A stretch of DNA of 64,000 nucleotides from positions 43,834,001 through 43,898,000 of the forward strand of contig OZ231126.1 of the NCBI GenBank assembly GCA_965153355.1, read 5' to 3'. Below, one piece after another: positions 1 through 13,170 of this stretch. Both the position numbers and the translations under genes were made by a program. The notes beneath the pieces are model-generated. The model did not search any database. It was given only the letters and a program-made list of their open reading frames with translations, and was not told the DNA's origin. Each line of letters opens with the position of its first letter. Position 1 is the stretch's first letter. The stretch is from Flaccisagitta enflata (taxonomy: Eukaryota).

Positions 1-222
1 CAAAAAGAACATGTATTAGAATTGAGGCAAGCTTGCTATGCTCCTATTTCTCACAGAAAGTAATACTTCCTAGCTAAAACATATAATTGTAATAGTGTGT
101 TGTTTAAACAAAACAAAAAATATGTTAAGAGTAAAATAAGATTTATATAAAGTTGAAAACATTTTAGGACATAAATGATTATTAAAAATTGTTTTTGATT
201 TTACTTGAATTTCAAAAAAAGA

Positions 223-442
223 TTTTTAATTGCGTGCTCGCGACTCAACACCCCGCTTTGACCGTCTGTCTGTTGGTTGGTGGGTCAGTCGGTCTGTCTG
301 TCTGTTGGTCCGTCACTTTTTGACTTTTTTTATCAATTTTTATGAACCTTTACTCATTTAAATAGTATACTAATATACTAAGTCATTCTAAGTGATTCTG
401 TAATTCTCGCACGGGACTTGAATTGTAGGTGTTAGCCTTGTT
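223..442 (+). mobile_element. HINE (Helentron/DINE-1-like non-autonomous element), family A, AAGTCATT-repeat subfamily, degenerate
   Basis: 5' TTTTTAATTGCGTGCTCGCGACTC hairpin, GTCY microsatellite, AAGTCATTCT repeats, 3' GCCTTGTT; same layout as 12033 and 33800. Confidence 0.75.
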
Positions 443-720
443 TTTTAAAATCGTAGTTTCAGCATTTTTTGTTAACATAAATCGCTGTTTTTTAGAGAAT
501 AGGAAATAATTGATTTTTCTTTAATGACTGCTTCATAAAATAATCATCAGGTTCTGTTACCCTTTTTATTTCATAAGGACCAGTAGGACTTCTTTAGGAT
601 AGGATGTCTTTAATTTTTTGCAGATTTTAAGCTGAAACATTTTTAGCTGTATACCTAATATTTTGGCACAATTGTACAATTATCTGTGATCTTTTGTTTT
701 TAAGCGTTTTTTTTTTTAAA

Positions 721-787
721 ATTAGGGTTAGGGGATAGTGTTAGGGTTAGGGACAGGGTTAGCTTTAGGGCTAAGGGTTGGCTGGGT
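721..787 (+). repeat. Degenerate TTAGGG-like G-rich tract (a similar tract lies at 1325-1378)
   Basis: ttagggttagggg...gttagggttaggg...gggttag...ttagggctaagggttgggctggg. Confidence 0.6.
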
Positions 788-1629
788 TTCATGTATTATG
801 GCCCGAAGCTATTCGAATTAAAGCTTTGCTCTCGCGGAGGATTCAGAAAGAAAAACAAAATTGTGCAGAGAATTATTCATTTTTTGCAATATTTTTTATG
901 GTTGTTAAGTTTTGAAAAAAAAAAATTGTTAAAACTTAAAAATGTAATACTAATATAGAAAGATGAAATATTGTCCTGATTGTTTTATATTTGTATATGA
1001 TCATGAATTATTTATAAGAATTATTATTAGTTTTTAAAATTTTCTTTAAATTGAAGGCTGGGGCTGGTCCTTGAAATATTCCAAATTTTTGACAAATTTC
1101 TAATTCATATCCATGTTATTTTCATCCATTAATAAATAACAATTTTTTAAAAAAATTGTTATTTTCATCCATTAATAAATAACAATTTTTTAAAAAAATT
1201 AAGCTTAAAAAAATAACTGCAAATAAGAATGGTAAGGCTCACTTCAAAAATGCTTGTTCTTATACAAAGGAAAGCGTTTATTATAAAAACCGAGTCAATG
1301 ATAACATAAGAACAAGATTGAAAAGAGGTTAGGGGTAGGGATGAGTCTAGGGGGAATACTTTAGTTTAGGGGCAGGGAAGAGCTTACATTATAGATGTGA
1401 CACGGGGTTGCTTGGGGTTATTTGGCCAGTCCCTCCGTCCATCGGTCACACTCATGTTGGAATGAAAAAAAGGCGCACAATAGATGCCGCGGTTGTGATT
1501 ATGGGTGGGGGAAAGGGGTAAAATGACTGTGCCCACCCAGCCGCAACTATATTTTAGCCCCCTATTTGTTGTTGATTCCTTCTTTACAGTTGGGCCCTGC
1601 AATATCAGATGCCATGGGACGAACACATT

Positions 1630-1800
1630 AACAAGGCCGGATACACGGCCAATACCAGTCGCGGACGGGTGGGCAGGGGCGGAAATGCGTGTTTTCACAC
1701 TTTCCAACTTGATCACCACGGACCAACCAACCAACCAACCGACGGACGGACGGACGGACGGACAAAGCCTCTTATAGAGTCGCTAGTCCGCGACTAAAAA
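1630..1800 (-). mobile_element. HINE family A, intact
   Basis: AACAAGGCCGGATACACGGCC hairpin, CAGTCGCG sub-TIR, (GACG)n, GAGTCGCTAGTCCGCGACTAAAAA end. Confidence 0.85.
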
Positions 1801-1881
1801 TTGTCATCTGTTGTAGATGGATTTTTATCATGCTTCATGTAAAAAGGTTTTGTTGACTGCATGTTAGGTATTATTCTTCAG

Positions 1882-2038
1882 CCTTGCAATGTTTGCTGGA
1901 AACGCAAAAAGGCGGACGCGGGCCGCGCATTCTTACGAAAGACATAACATGGAGATCGGGTCATCATGAAGAACTTCAAAACCACGGGAATCTCAATTTC
2001 ACTGGATCGAACCAAAAATCAACCCCGACAATGACAAA

Positions 2039-2039
<1 letters not shown>
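1882..2039 (+). CDS. Probable penultimate exon of an unidentified gene (LQCLLETQKGG...STPTMTK)
   Basis: ttattcttcag acceptor, only one open frame, AAG|gtgaga donor in phase 0 matching the next acceptor. Confidence 0.5.
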
Positions 2040-2091
<52 letters not shown>

Positions 2092-2276
2092 AAGACAGGC
2101 AGAAAGACGAAGAAAGACAGGCAGACAGACAGACAGACAGACAAAGGAAGAAAGACAGGCAGACAGACAGTCGTACAAAGGAAGAAAGACAGGCAGACTG
2201 GCGGAATGAAACAAATGCCATCATATTTCCGCCCGCTTCTGTCCATCTATCTGACCATCTTTCTCCGTTTCTTCAG

Positions 2277-2399
2277 GCACCAAATGACATAAGTCTGTCG
2301 ACAGCATCGCGGTCAGTCGTATCTCAGCCAACAAGCGAGTTGGAAGATGAGGAAGAGCGCTTCTCTGACTACGAGCATCTAGACTCACTCGGACTTTGA
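2277..2399 (+). CDS. Probable terminal exon (APNDISLSTASRSVVSQPTSELEDEEERFSDYEHLDSLGL*)
   Basis: Pyrimidine tract plus cttcag acceptor in phase 0, acidic protein-like sequence ending in TGA. Confidence 0.5.
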   Translation, partial: APNDISLSTASRSVVSQPTSELEDEEERFSDYEHLDSLGL

Positions 2400-2453
2400 A
2401 ATTTGGAATTCTCGCTGATCATTCATTGCGTCCTTAACGCGGAATCGCGATTA

Positions 2454-3624
2454 CAGGGTGACTTTTTTCAAGTGGGGGAATGTATTGAGACTAATAGAGT
2501 TCAGAAATGTATAAAAAGCGGAATCTAATTCAATCCATATGTCACAAGACCAATTTTAAGGTGGGGAATCAGCTCAGACCACTAAAAAAATTCTCAGGTC
2601 AAGATTTGGGGCGCTACCGCTACCTATCTCAGGTCTAAAGGCCATATAAGGTCAAAATTTCAAAGTAGGAAATTTGAAAATCTGATTGCAGATTCAGAAT
2701 CCTTGCAAAAAAGTATCAAAAGAAAGTTTTTTTCTTTTTTTGATATTCCATCTAGAACACAGTCAAAATTATCATCAAACGTTAAATGAAACCAAATTTT
2801 AAACAAAAGAGCAATTTTAACCTGATTATGACCTTTGAAGTTAAATTACACCATGTTCTAGTTGGAATATCAAAAAAAGAAAAGCACTTTCTTTAAGTAC
2901 TTTTTTGCAAGGATTCTGAATCTGCAATCAGATTTTCAAATTTCCCAATTTGAAATTTTGACCTTATATAGCCTTTTGACCTGAGGTAGTTAGCGGTAGC
3001 GCCCCAAATCTTGACCTGAGAATTTTTGTAGTGGTGTGAGCTGGTTTCCCAACTTAAAATTGGTCTTGTGACAAATGGATTGAATTAGATTCCGCTTTTT
3101 ATACATTTCTGGACCCTATTAGTATTGAGACATCAAATTTTAATTACAAAATTTTGAGATAAACTAAAATCAGTTTATGGTTACAAACTACTTGACATTT
3201 GCTATCAAAAAAGGAAAAAAAAAATTTTGACCTGTTTTGACTTCAGTTTAGTATACTTGACCATTTTCAATCCATGAGGTTAATCCATTTTTGAACAATA
3301 ATAAACTTTTAAATTTTTGCACAAATATAACTTATTTTGGTCAAAATGTTTAATATCTGTTAATTTGTATAACTAATTTCAATATCTAATTTTTTATTTT
3401 TATTCCAAAACAGTTTTTCACTAGGATTATGTAATTTTATTTTGAATCACAAAAACAAAAATATAAAAACCTTGTTTTTTTTTTAAATTTGTCAAATTTT
3501 TTTCTTTTTTAAATAGTAAATGTCAAGTAGTTTGCAACTTCAAACTAACTTTTATTTATCCTAAAATTTCAAAATTAAAGTTTGATATCTTAGTACTTTC
3601 CACCACTTGAAAAAAATCACCCTG
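2454..3624. mobile_element. Tc1/mariner-type MITE with ~110-bp TIRs (CAGGGTGA...), interrupted by a nested element
   Basis: TA|CAGGGTGACTTTTTTCAAGTGG ... CCACTTGAAAAAAATCACCCTG|TA; the TIR continues after the nested insert. Confidence 0.85.
2491..3122. mobile_element. Foldback MITE (CTAATAG...CTATTAG) with 8-bp TSD, hAT- or P-type
   Basis: TATTGAGA on both sides (2483-2490, 3123-3130); arms of roughly 270 bp are reverse complements. Confidence 0.85.
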
Positions 3625-3754
3625 TATGAGAGGCTTAGTCTGTCTGTCCGTTGGTCCGTCAGTCTGCAGTGATCAAGTTGGAACGCACCTACCAAACCCT
3701 CCGCAACTGGTAATGACCATGTATCTGGTCTTATTTTAGACAAAGTTGGATTGC

Positions 3755-4685
3755 GGTCAAATATCCGCTGCACTAAAAAAATCAATTTTAAGGATTTTTA
3801 AAATAAAAAGCAATAGTGTCTAATTTTTTATCTCAAGTGATAAAAAGGTGATAATTATTATTACTAACTTCATTTTTCCTAAATGAGGACACAAAAATTT
3901 AGAAACACTTTTTATTTGCCAAAATTAGTAGTTATTTATTTGAAATAGAGTAAAAATTTGATTATGAAGAAAGAATATGCCTCTTTTATGATAGATAATT
4001 ATCTGCTGAACATTTTTAAGATATATCATGAAAATCAGTTGTTGTTAAGACTCTAAACAATGCATTATGATACTTTAAAATATGAAAAAATAGCCTTGAT
4101 AATATTATGATTTTCAAAAAAGATAAGGAATGTTAGATCTTACTAAGATATACTAAAACATAATGGAATGTTAGGTCTTACTAGGAAATACTTCCCTATC
4201 AATGAAAAAAATGTTTTAGCGAGTTTGCTAAAAAATTCATTTGCATATTGTTTCAAACTGTTTTTTTGGTTAAAATTCATCTAATATTTATCTTAAATGT
4301 ATGATAATTTGTAACGAGGCACATTTTGATAATATACCTTGAGTTCTCTTGATGATTTTGCTTTCATCAAAGCTCATTTTCGTAGATTTTGAAGTTTTAT
4401 AATACATTCTAAGCGTTTAAACCTCAACAGATTTTCACAAAATTTCTTACAAATGTTTAATAGGTGATTATCAATCATAGTTCAGGTATATTTTTTTTTA
4501 TCACCAAAACTTAATGTCATTTTGACAAAAAAAACTATCAATTTTAGTAAAAAAAAAATATGATTTTTTTAGCTTGCAATTGGGAAAAAAAACTTCATAT
4601 TTTTTTTTAATCTCTTTTAGAACTTTTGTGCAAATAATAGAAAACTTTTTTTTTCAATGGGTTTTGGTCTAGCGGATATCTGACT
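3755..4685. mobile_element. Old AT-rich TIR element, superfamily unclear
   Basis: GTCAAATATCCGCTGCACTAAAA vs TTTTGGTCTAGCGGATATCTGAC; no clear TSD. Confidence 0.45.
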
Positions 4686-4758
4686 AAATTAGAATTGATT
4701 GAACAACAGTTTTTCTTCCGACAAGCAAAACTGCAACACTGTCTCATTTGGTTGTTAA

Positions 4759-4987
4759 AACAAGGCCGGATAAATGGCTACCTTAGTCGCGTGTGGATGG
4801 GCAGGGGCAGTGATGAAGCATGCTAACTCAAGCATTTGGGCAGGAGCAGTAATGCAAAAGCTGCCTGAAAACGCCGAAAATGCTAAAAAAGCTAACAGCG
4901 ACAAAGTCTGACAGACCAGCGACAGACCAACAGTTTGACAGACTGACTGACCGACATAGCAGGTTGTAGGTTGTAGAGACTAAAAAA
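4759..4987 (-). mobile_element. HINE family A, degenerate
   Basis: AACAAGGCCGGATAAATGGC...AGTCGCGTG...GAC microsatellite...GACTAAAAA. Confidence 0.75.
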
Positions 4988-5171
4988 TTTGATTCTTACA
5001 TTGCCTGCTTTTTATCTCATTTTCCCAAATGTATTTTTATTCACGTCATATTGTCTAAATACAATATAATACAATTCTTGAAATCATGTGTATTCACTGG
5101 AGTATGATATTCGGTACAAAATTGGGCATGTTAATGAAAAACCGCAGTTTATTTTACTGGGCATTCACTTG

Positions 5172-5409
5172 AACAAGGCCGGATACACGGCAGTCCAGTC
5201 GCGGAAGAATGGGCAGGAGCAGTAATGCAAAAACCGCTTGGAATTCCACAAGGCCGGATACACGGCCATCAGTTGCGGACGGGTGGGCAGGGGCGGAAAT
5301 GCGCGTTTTCCCACTTTTCGACTCGTGCTTACGGACGGATGGACGGACGGACGGACGGACGGACAGACCGACATGGCAAGGTGTAGAGTCGCGTGTCCGC
5401 GACTAAAAA
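5172..5409 (-). mobile_element. Composite HINE with two 3' ends and one 5' end
   Basis: ACAAGGCCGGATACACGGC occurs at ~5173 and ~5248; single CGCGACTAAAAA terminus. Confidence 0.8.
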
Positions 5410-5882
5410 GACTGGCAGTGCAGACGAAGGGAAGGGTTGGCCTGGTACACGTGAGGTGGGCAGGCGCAGTAAAAAGAATGCTTTTCAACCATTGACTGTA
5501 AATGCCAAAAAAGCTAAGTATCACCGACCAACTAATATAACACAGAGGGTTTTAGAAGCATGCTTGGGGGCTTAGCAAAGAGGGTGGGCAATAAACAGAT
5601 ACATTCGTAACCCAATTTCCGGCTTTTAGAGACAGGCATATGATTAGTCAATAGACAAACTGTGAGGTAAAGCCGAACACAAACTGAAAGACGAATCAAG
5701 AGACAAACCAAGAGTCAAACCGAGAAACAAATTATAAGACAGAGAGACAACTTATAAGACACGCTGAGAGACAAACCGCGAGACGGAGACAAACTAAGAA
5801 ACAAACTGAGTCAATCTGCGAGGCAAACTGGATGACAAACCGAACGCGTGTGCGCGTCTCTCGCTTTCTCTCTTTCCTTGTG

Positions 5883-5962
<80 letters not shown>

Positions 5963-6639
5963 GTCTCGCAATGCCGGAGTGTCCGTTTAGCCTGCCCTTT
6001 GGCTGTCGCGCTCTCCAATTGTGCAACATTGGGTGCGCTTTGTAAAGAATTAAAAGGGAGACTTCTCTCATGCACCTAGTTGGTATTAGTTTAAGGCATG
6101 ATTTATATCAACGACACTACATTTGTCGTCTCGCGCTACGCTCGTGTGCTCGAGAACGGTAAGACCATTTTTGCTCGAGTACGGTAAGCCCATTTTTTCA
6201 TCTTATATTCATCCGCGCCTGGCCGCGACGTCGTTAGTAAAGCGGATCGAAGCTTGTCATACGATTCCAGGAGAATTGACAATGATTTTTAGCCATAACT
6301 TTTGAATGCGTGAATGGATTTTAAAAATTCTTTCGAATTTAGAAAATTGGGACAAGAACAAGTAATATAATGAAGATTTTTTTTACTTAAGAGTATGCAT
6401 TGAGAATCAGCGGGCCTATCTACATTTAGGAACAAGCTAATGGTTATTCATGCATAAAATCAGAAAATCTTATTGAATATTTGTTCAGCTACGCTAATTT
6501 GAAATTTTCGGGTAGGTAGGCTGGTTCGGGTGGTTGCACTATCTAAAATTTCTTTTCAATTCACATCATTAGACAAGGTCATATAATGTTACCGCACAAA
6601 AAATCAAGTTGATCGGTCAGTCCATTCAAGAGATATGAG

Positions 6640-6918
6640 CAGGCCCTAATTTAGAGCGTGCCCTCAGTTATACTGTCGGGCACGCTTGTTTTGCTGATGG
6701 CCTGCCCAGCTGGCACTCTCCTTATCAGACCAGTCTGACGGAATTTTATAAAGATTGTCATTCTTTTTTTTGATTGATTTTTTGATTTGTCCATCCTTGC
6801 ATTCCCTCCATTCTTTTTTTCTTTTTATTTCTTTTTCTTCTTTTTTTTTCTTTTCTTTCTTCTCTCTTTTTCTTTCTTTCTTTTTTTTTCTTCTTTTTTT
6901 TCTTTTTTTTCCTTCTTC

Positions 6919-6981
<63 letters not shown>

Positions 6982-7009
6982 TCCTTCTTTCCTTCTTTCC
7001 TTCTTTCCT

Positions 7010-7049
<40 letters not shown>

Positions 7050-7297
7050 GATGAAACTTAAAGGTTTAGAAGCAACATTTGATCAATTCCGCGTTATGCG
7101 TTTATTCTTTGTTGAATAAATTCACATATTCTAGGGAAGTCTCGTTTAAGCTGTATGTTTGTATTTTTGTATGATAGAATCTAATCCGAAAGAAATTGTG
7201 AGTAAAAGAACCGGGCTCGCTCATTCTCTCTCGGTCACGCGGAAATCGTGAGTAGCGTGCCCGGCGTACACGCTCAACAGGATCACTAAATGGTCTG
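6640..7297. mobile_element. hAT-type MITE (CAGGCC TIR, GGGCACGC subterminal repeats) inside a larger unclassified repeat
   Basis: 8-bp TSD GATATGAG at 6632-6639 and 7298-7305; same family as 9839-10613 in the opposite orientation. Confidence 0.85.
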
Positions 7298-7546
7298 GAT
7301 ATGAGCTTTTAAAGTTTGGGTAAAAAAGTCAAAACAATTTCCGCCACGTTTCGTTCTCAGACTCTGCGTATTTCACGCTTGAGCGCTCATCAAATCAAAA
7401 ACTATGTTTCTTATTTTGATCGGAAAAATGAGAGGAGTTTAAACGCTACGCTCTCTGGAGATGTAAAATTTGATAATGATATTTTAAAAGATAAAGCAAG
7501 ATGATTACTTTCTACGGACTGGCCACCTTCAAAAGTTGTATTGGTA

Positions 7547-8314
7547 CAGGGAATACCCCGCAAAGTGCCACCAAAGAAAACGTCATATTTCAGCTTCTAG
7601 AAGAGATATTCAAATTCTGAAAAAAGTTCTAAAAAGCTTTTTTAAACCGATTTTATGAGATACAAAAAAAAATGAACTCAACTTCAAAACTGTGTCTGTA
7701 CTGTAGCATTTAAAGAAATCCCAAAGCTGGCGAGGCACGAATTTTCCTTTTTGGGGGTCTTGGAGTGGGTTCACTGATTTTGATAAAATTTCTCAACCTA
7801 TTTAGCAAAAACTCAAGGGTTGGGCTTGAATGAAAGATATTTTGAAGTAGATTATGAATGCACAAAATGATCAGGCTGTAAATCTATGTATGATCAGAAA
7901 TTTGCCTATCAAAGGCCAAAGAGACACTTTTGCTCTAGGAATCCCTGTGAAAAACGTATTTTTTGATAGAAATACAATGGGAAACTCTCAAAACTTTTCA
8001 GATACTAAATTTTCAAAAAGATATCTTCAATTAGGGACCGTTTCCAGCAGTATGGCACAATTTTTTGATAAATGGCAGAGAAAAAAACATGCAACACTAA
8101 CTAATTTTTTGAGAAAAACAGTGATTTTTCTCAAAAATTGAGCATTTTTCACTTACTACGGGTTGGTTATTTTTTTCAAGACCCAATTTGTTAGTTTAAT
8201 ACAGACAAAATTGGTTTGAGAGTTCTTTCAGGAACTTTTTTCAGAATTCGATTATCATTTTTCGACACAGAAACATGACTATTTCTTTGGTGGCACTTTG
8301 CGGGGTATTCCCTG
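7547..8314. mobile_element. Tc1/mariner-type MITE
   Basis: TA|CAGGGAATACCCCGCAAAGTGCCACCAAAGAAA ... TTTCTTTGGTGGCACTTTGCGGGGTATTCCCTG|TA. Confidence 0.9.
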
Positions 8315-8525
8315 TAGAACTTTCTAGACAGGAGAGACGAGCGAAGGTTTATTAGTCCAGGTTGTTGAAGAAAGGACTTGGCTTTTCTGGATCCATGGCC
8401 AGATTAATGGGCCGATGGGCATACCTATGAGCGGCCGATGGGCAGACCGATGGGCGGGCCAGAGAAGAGAAGAAAGAATGAAAGAAAGAAGAAAAGAAAG
8501 AGACAGAAAGAAACGAAAAAAAGAA

Positions 8526-8566
<41 letters not shown>

Positions 8567-8583
8567 AAAGAAAAGAAGAAAGT

Positions 8584-8774
8584 GACAAGGCTGGATACAC
8601 GGCTAACCGAGTCGCGTGCAGGTGGGCAGGTCCTTATTTTAGTTGACTCTTTCATTTGAGCACAACAACACAACAGTGATCAATAGATGGACGGACAGAC
8701 AGACGGACTAACGGACAGACGGACCGACCAACCGACAAAGGAAGGTGTAGAGTCGCGTAGCACGCGACTATAAA
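8584..8774 (-). mobile_element. HINE family A
   Basis: ACAAGGCTGGATACACGGC...AGTCGCGTGC...(GACG/GACA)n...GAGTCGCGTAGCACGCGACTA. Confidence 0.8.
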
Positions 8775-9502
8775 CTTCAATTGGCTTTATTGTGAAGAAA
8801 AGGACTTGCACTCAGCCAAACCATTACATAACTCACTGACAAGCTTGATAATTGATTCGGTATGCGAACAAGTAGAATTTTGCTGATGTGTTCACTCCCA
8901 AAATACAAAATACCAAAAAAGAGACATTTAAAAATCACCTGAAGCGTGTTTCCTACTATAAACCCTAAATGAAGGAATTCAGTGGGGAGGCGGAATAAAG
9001 TAATGAAATGAAAGCTGTTCTCGTGCGTTGGCGGGGAAGCGACCCATGCGATTCAAAGCAAAAAACGATGATCTTCATTTGGAGCACGACGCGATCGATA
9101 CGTCGGAAGAAGTATGGGAGGTACAGCAGAAAAATTTACTTTGGTAACACCAACGGTCGTGTGGGGCCCTGTGACCCTGTGTCAAACGTCATATGGGTGG
9201 CACAGAATAAAAGTATAGGTCATCCCCCATCGAACGAATATACGTATAGGGACTTTCTACTGACAGGAAAGGGTGGCGAATTTTTTAGAATTTTACTCTC
9301 CAGTCCGGCCTGCAGTCACTTTTTTAAGTACCCTCACGTAACCTCAGACGCTAATTGCGTTCACTCTACGCTGTTAGATAGAGTGATCAGAGGCGAACCA
9401 GAAAAACTTATTGTTAAATTTGAGTAGGGTCGCTACCATAGGTAATTTAATGGTCAGAAAAAAGCCCAGTGTGGAATGAAGGCTGGGAAACAATATTTCG
9501 AT

Positions 9503-10675
9503 CATAGACTAATCAAAGGATGGTTAATTCCACATGATAGCTGGTTGCCATGGACACACATTTCCATGTATTCTCGCTAAAATATCAATATTTTGAGCAG
9601 TTTTTTTTGGGAACATTGCTTAAAATCAAATTTGCTACAAATTTCCCACAGTATGTTCTGTAAGAATGTCGCGCGTTTGGCCATTGCTAGGGAGCATATC
9701 CATGTGTGATAACCACTAGCAACCGTCATTCTTACTGAACATACTGTGGCAAAGTTGTAGCAAATTTAATTCTAAAAAAATGTTCCCTCAAAAATTTTTT
9801 AAAAATATTGATGTTCTATTGAAAAACATAGAAATGCGCAGGCATTAATTGAATGATTCTGTTGAGCGTGTACGCCGGGCACGCTCCTCAGAAGTTCAGC
9901 GTGCCCGACAGAGGATGAGCATGCCCGGTTTTCACCCTCTCTTCTCCAATTTCTCCAGGATTTCTCCAGGATTTGTGACCCCAAAACACAAAATTAGTCA
10001 AATGTTGATAATTTTTTTATTTATCAACAGATGTAGGAAATGTAAATAATCAACAGATGTAGGAAATGTAAATAATTTTTTTATTTATCAACAGATGTAG
10101 GAAATTATCAACAGATGTAGGAAATCTCCTTTGAGAATGAATGAACAAATGAATCAATTTATAAATGAACAAATAAATGAGTCAAAGAATCCAAGATCCA
10201 TGATCCATTCATTTTCTTAGGTTCTTTATTCAGAAAAATTTCAGATTTGGAAATAAAATTCATGAGATTCAATTCCATTTTGAGAAAATAAAGAAAAAAA
10301 AAGTCAATGGAAAAAAGAATGAATGGAATATGAATGAGTGAATGAAAAGAAAAAATCCATGAATGAAAAAATGAACAAATGATTGAATGAATGAACAATT
10401 GAATGAATGTATGGATGAACAAATCAAAGAGTCAAATGAATTGATGATCTTTCTTTCAGTTTTAGCAATCAAATAGAAAATGTAAATCCTAATGAAAGTC
10501 AATTAGCCTGATGTGATGAGAGTGCCAGCCGGGCACGCCATCAGCAGAAAGAGCGTGCCTGACAGTAAAACAGAAAGCCTCGGGCACGCGGGCACGCTCT
10601 TGATTAAGGCCTGGAAAAGCGTTTCCATGGCGACCAGATATCATGAGCAATAAAGCATCTCTTTATTAGTCTATG
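9503..10675. mobile_element. Foldback MITE with CATAGACTAAT termini (possibly P-like), hosting a hAT MITE
   Basis: CATAGACTAATCAAAG...CTTTATTAGTCTATG; internal inverted arms 9585-9668 vs 9728-9812; TSD degenerate. Confidence 0.7.
9839..10613. mobile_element. hAT-type MITE, same family as 6640-7297
   Basis: TSD GAAATGCG/GAAAAGCG; CAGGCATTAAT...ATTAAGGCCTG; shared GTTGAGCGTGTACGCCGGGCACGCT motif. Confidence 0.8.
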
Positions 10676-10865
10676 TTTCAAATATTATTCCCCTGTTTTT
10701 TTGGGTTTTTTTTTTTTTACAATGCTAGCCCCCGTTATCTCAAGTCTAGATGAGATCTACTGTACATGTATCGTTTTTATAAGCCTGGATAGTCTCACAT
10801 ATCAATCAGTCAGACTGATCGACAGAATCAATCAAAGCTTAAAGTGTCAAACCTTTGTACTTGCG

Positions 10866-11065
<200 letters not shown>

Positions 11066-12032
11066 CCTTTCGCGCGCCGCCTATCCATTTCATAGACAAA
11101 CGCACGGATACAAAGAAACCCACATCAACTAGACTATCACGATTTCTAACAAAATAAAAAGGTGGTTGAGTTCTGGACACTGATAGATAGATGAAGAAAT
11201 AGAATAATGAAGCAAGCGCACGTGTTTCGTTTCTGAAAGCTTGGACAGTCTGACATTTTAATCAGTCTGATGAATGTTTCGAAAGACGAAAAAACGAATG
11301 AGAGAAAAAGTTGGGTAAGTATCTAAAAAATAGAGAGAAGGAAAACGGTGGATACACGGCCACAGTCTTGCATAAACAGTGTAGCACCGCTATCAAGGCA
11401 TATTCGCACAATACACGCCACCTTAAGGAGTAAGAGTCGTCCTTGATAAAGTGGGGCCGACCAGTAATCAATTGTAATTCGCCTGGGCAGGGGCAGTAAT
11501 GCTCAGAAATAGCTTTTCCAGCCGATTTCGCGTTTTTGGGTTACGGACGGACCTACTCACCCATACGGACACAGCTTTGCAAACGAATACAAACAGTTGG
11601 AAAGTGTAGGACTGTTTTTGAAGTCTTGTACTGCAGTACTGCAAAAACTCTCGCAATCCAAAACATCCTAACATAACAACCTCTACAGTCAAGTACACGT
11701 GACTTAAAAGGTGAAAAGGCGTTGATAGTGACTTGATACACCTTACCAGACTATTTTCTTCAAGATAACTCTTCCTCACCACGAAATTTATGGTTAATTA
11801 AGGCGACTAATGCCGGGATGTTTGACCTCGTTTCTCTTGTGAACCGAGCATTAACCCCATGGAATTTTAGAATACCCCATCAAATCACCTTCCTCCTCTT
11901 TTTTGGCGAGAGACTTAACCGGGTAGGAGCGGTAAAAGGGCGGAGGATAATGGAAAGGAACAAACGTGCGGTAGCGTGCAAATAGCGAACAGCAGGACTA
12001 AAGCAACGTTGCGCTGCTACTTCTTTTCCTCT

Positions 12033-12288
12033 TTTTAGTCGCGTGCAGGCGACTCTACAACCCGCTCTGTCCGTCGGTCGGTCGGTCCGTCCGTCTGTCC
12101 ATCTGTCACCCTTAACTTTTTTTGCCGTTTTACGTCAATTTAAGTCATTTCAAGTTATTTCAAGTTATTTTAGGTCATTTTAAGTCAATTTGCATTTAGT
12201 CTTTTAATCATTTGGTCTTTTAATCATTTGGTCTTTTAGTCTTATGCTTTAGACAACCGCACGCGACTGTAAGGTGTTGGCCTTGTTT
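12033..12288 (+). mobile_element. HINE family A, AAGTCATT-repeat subfamily
   Basis: TTTTTAGTCGCGTGCAGGCGACTC...(GTCG/GTCC)n...AAGTTATTTC repeats...GCACGCGACT...GGCCTTGTT. Confidence 0.85.
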
Positions 12289-13060
12289 TATCTGTCGCTT
12301 TCTTTTTTGAAGTGCTCACGGATTGACGTAATGTCCGCTATTCCATTGTACATTACGTCGTTAGCTGAGGGAAATTGAGCGAATCAATGCATCTTGTTTA
12401 TCATGTACATGAAATGTATGGAATTCTCATAAATTCATGATATGAAAGGATACGATGTTTTCAAATTTAAGGAACGAACATCTAAAAACCATTCACAAAG
12501 TCACTTTAAAGAAAGAGGAATTGCTGGCCTATATTGGCCCATTATTGGGCCAAAGTTGAGGGCGCATTTGTCTTTTTTTTTCGCTCGCTGTTGGAATCCG
12601 TGTTCTGATCAACAAACATTCGAAGAGATAAACAAACAACAAACCCAGTGGGAAATGCCATATATCACTTATTGTTGGTTGCGGCACGTTTCAGTGTTGT
12701 AGTTGCGGACCGCAACTTGCGGCACTTTTCGGTTTTGTATCGTTCGATTTCTCTGTTCCGGCCATCTAGATGCACCTGTCCGACTTTCATTGCGTCCATT
12801 TATTAATTGTGCTGAGCGAAAACAAATCTGTATTGAGGCACAGAACCTTCCTTACTGTTAAACAGACCGATAGAGGCCTGCCTGCTGACAGCCATAAAAA
12901 CAGGCAAACAAAACTCATGGTGGGAAATTCGATAGATGGTGGTACTCAAGCTCTGCCTCGTTTTCATGTTTGCTCTCTGCAAAGAGCTTTCGCTACTCTA
13001 TGTCCCTCCCTGTCTCTGTCCCTGATTGTCCCTCCTTGGTCTGTCCCTGTCTATCCATGT

Positions 13061-13170
<110 letters not shown>

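Noticed and set aside
1630-1800. tRNA-derived SINE interpretation of the dispersed repeats
   Set aside because: No A/B boxes, cloverleaf or TSDs; sub-TIRs and a 3' hairpin fit HINEs
6125-8340. A single large host element around the 6640 and 7547 MITEs
   Set aside because: It looks repeat-derived, but only a 7-bp TCGTCTC/GAGACGA match suggests ends, so boundaries cannot be supported
8352-8424. Minus-strand terminal exon YAHRPINLAMDPEKPSPFFNNLD* with an overlapping AATAAA
   Set aside because: No supporting upstream exons; the + strand reading (RTWLFWIH) fits the RTK relic better. Not fully excluded
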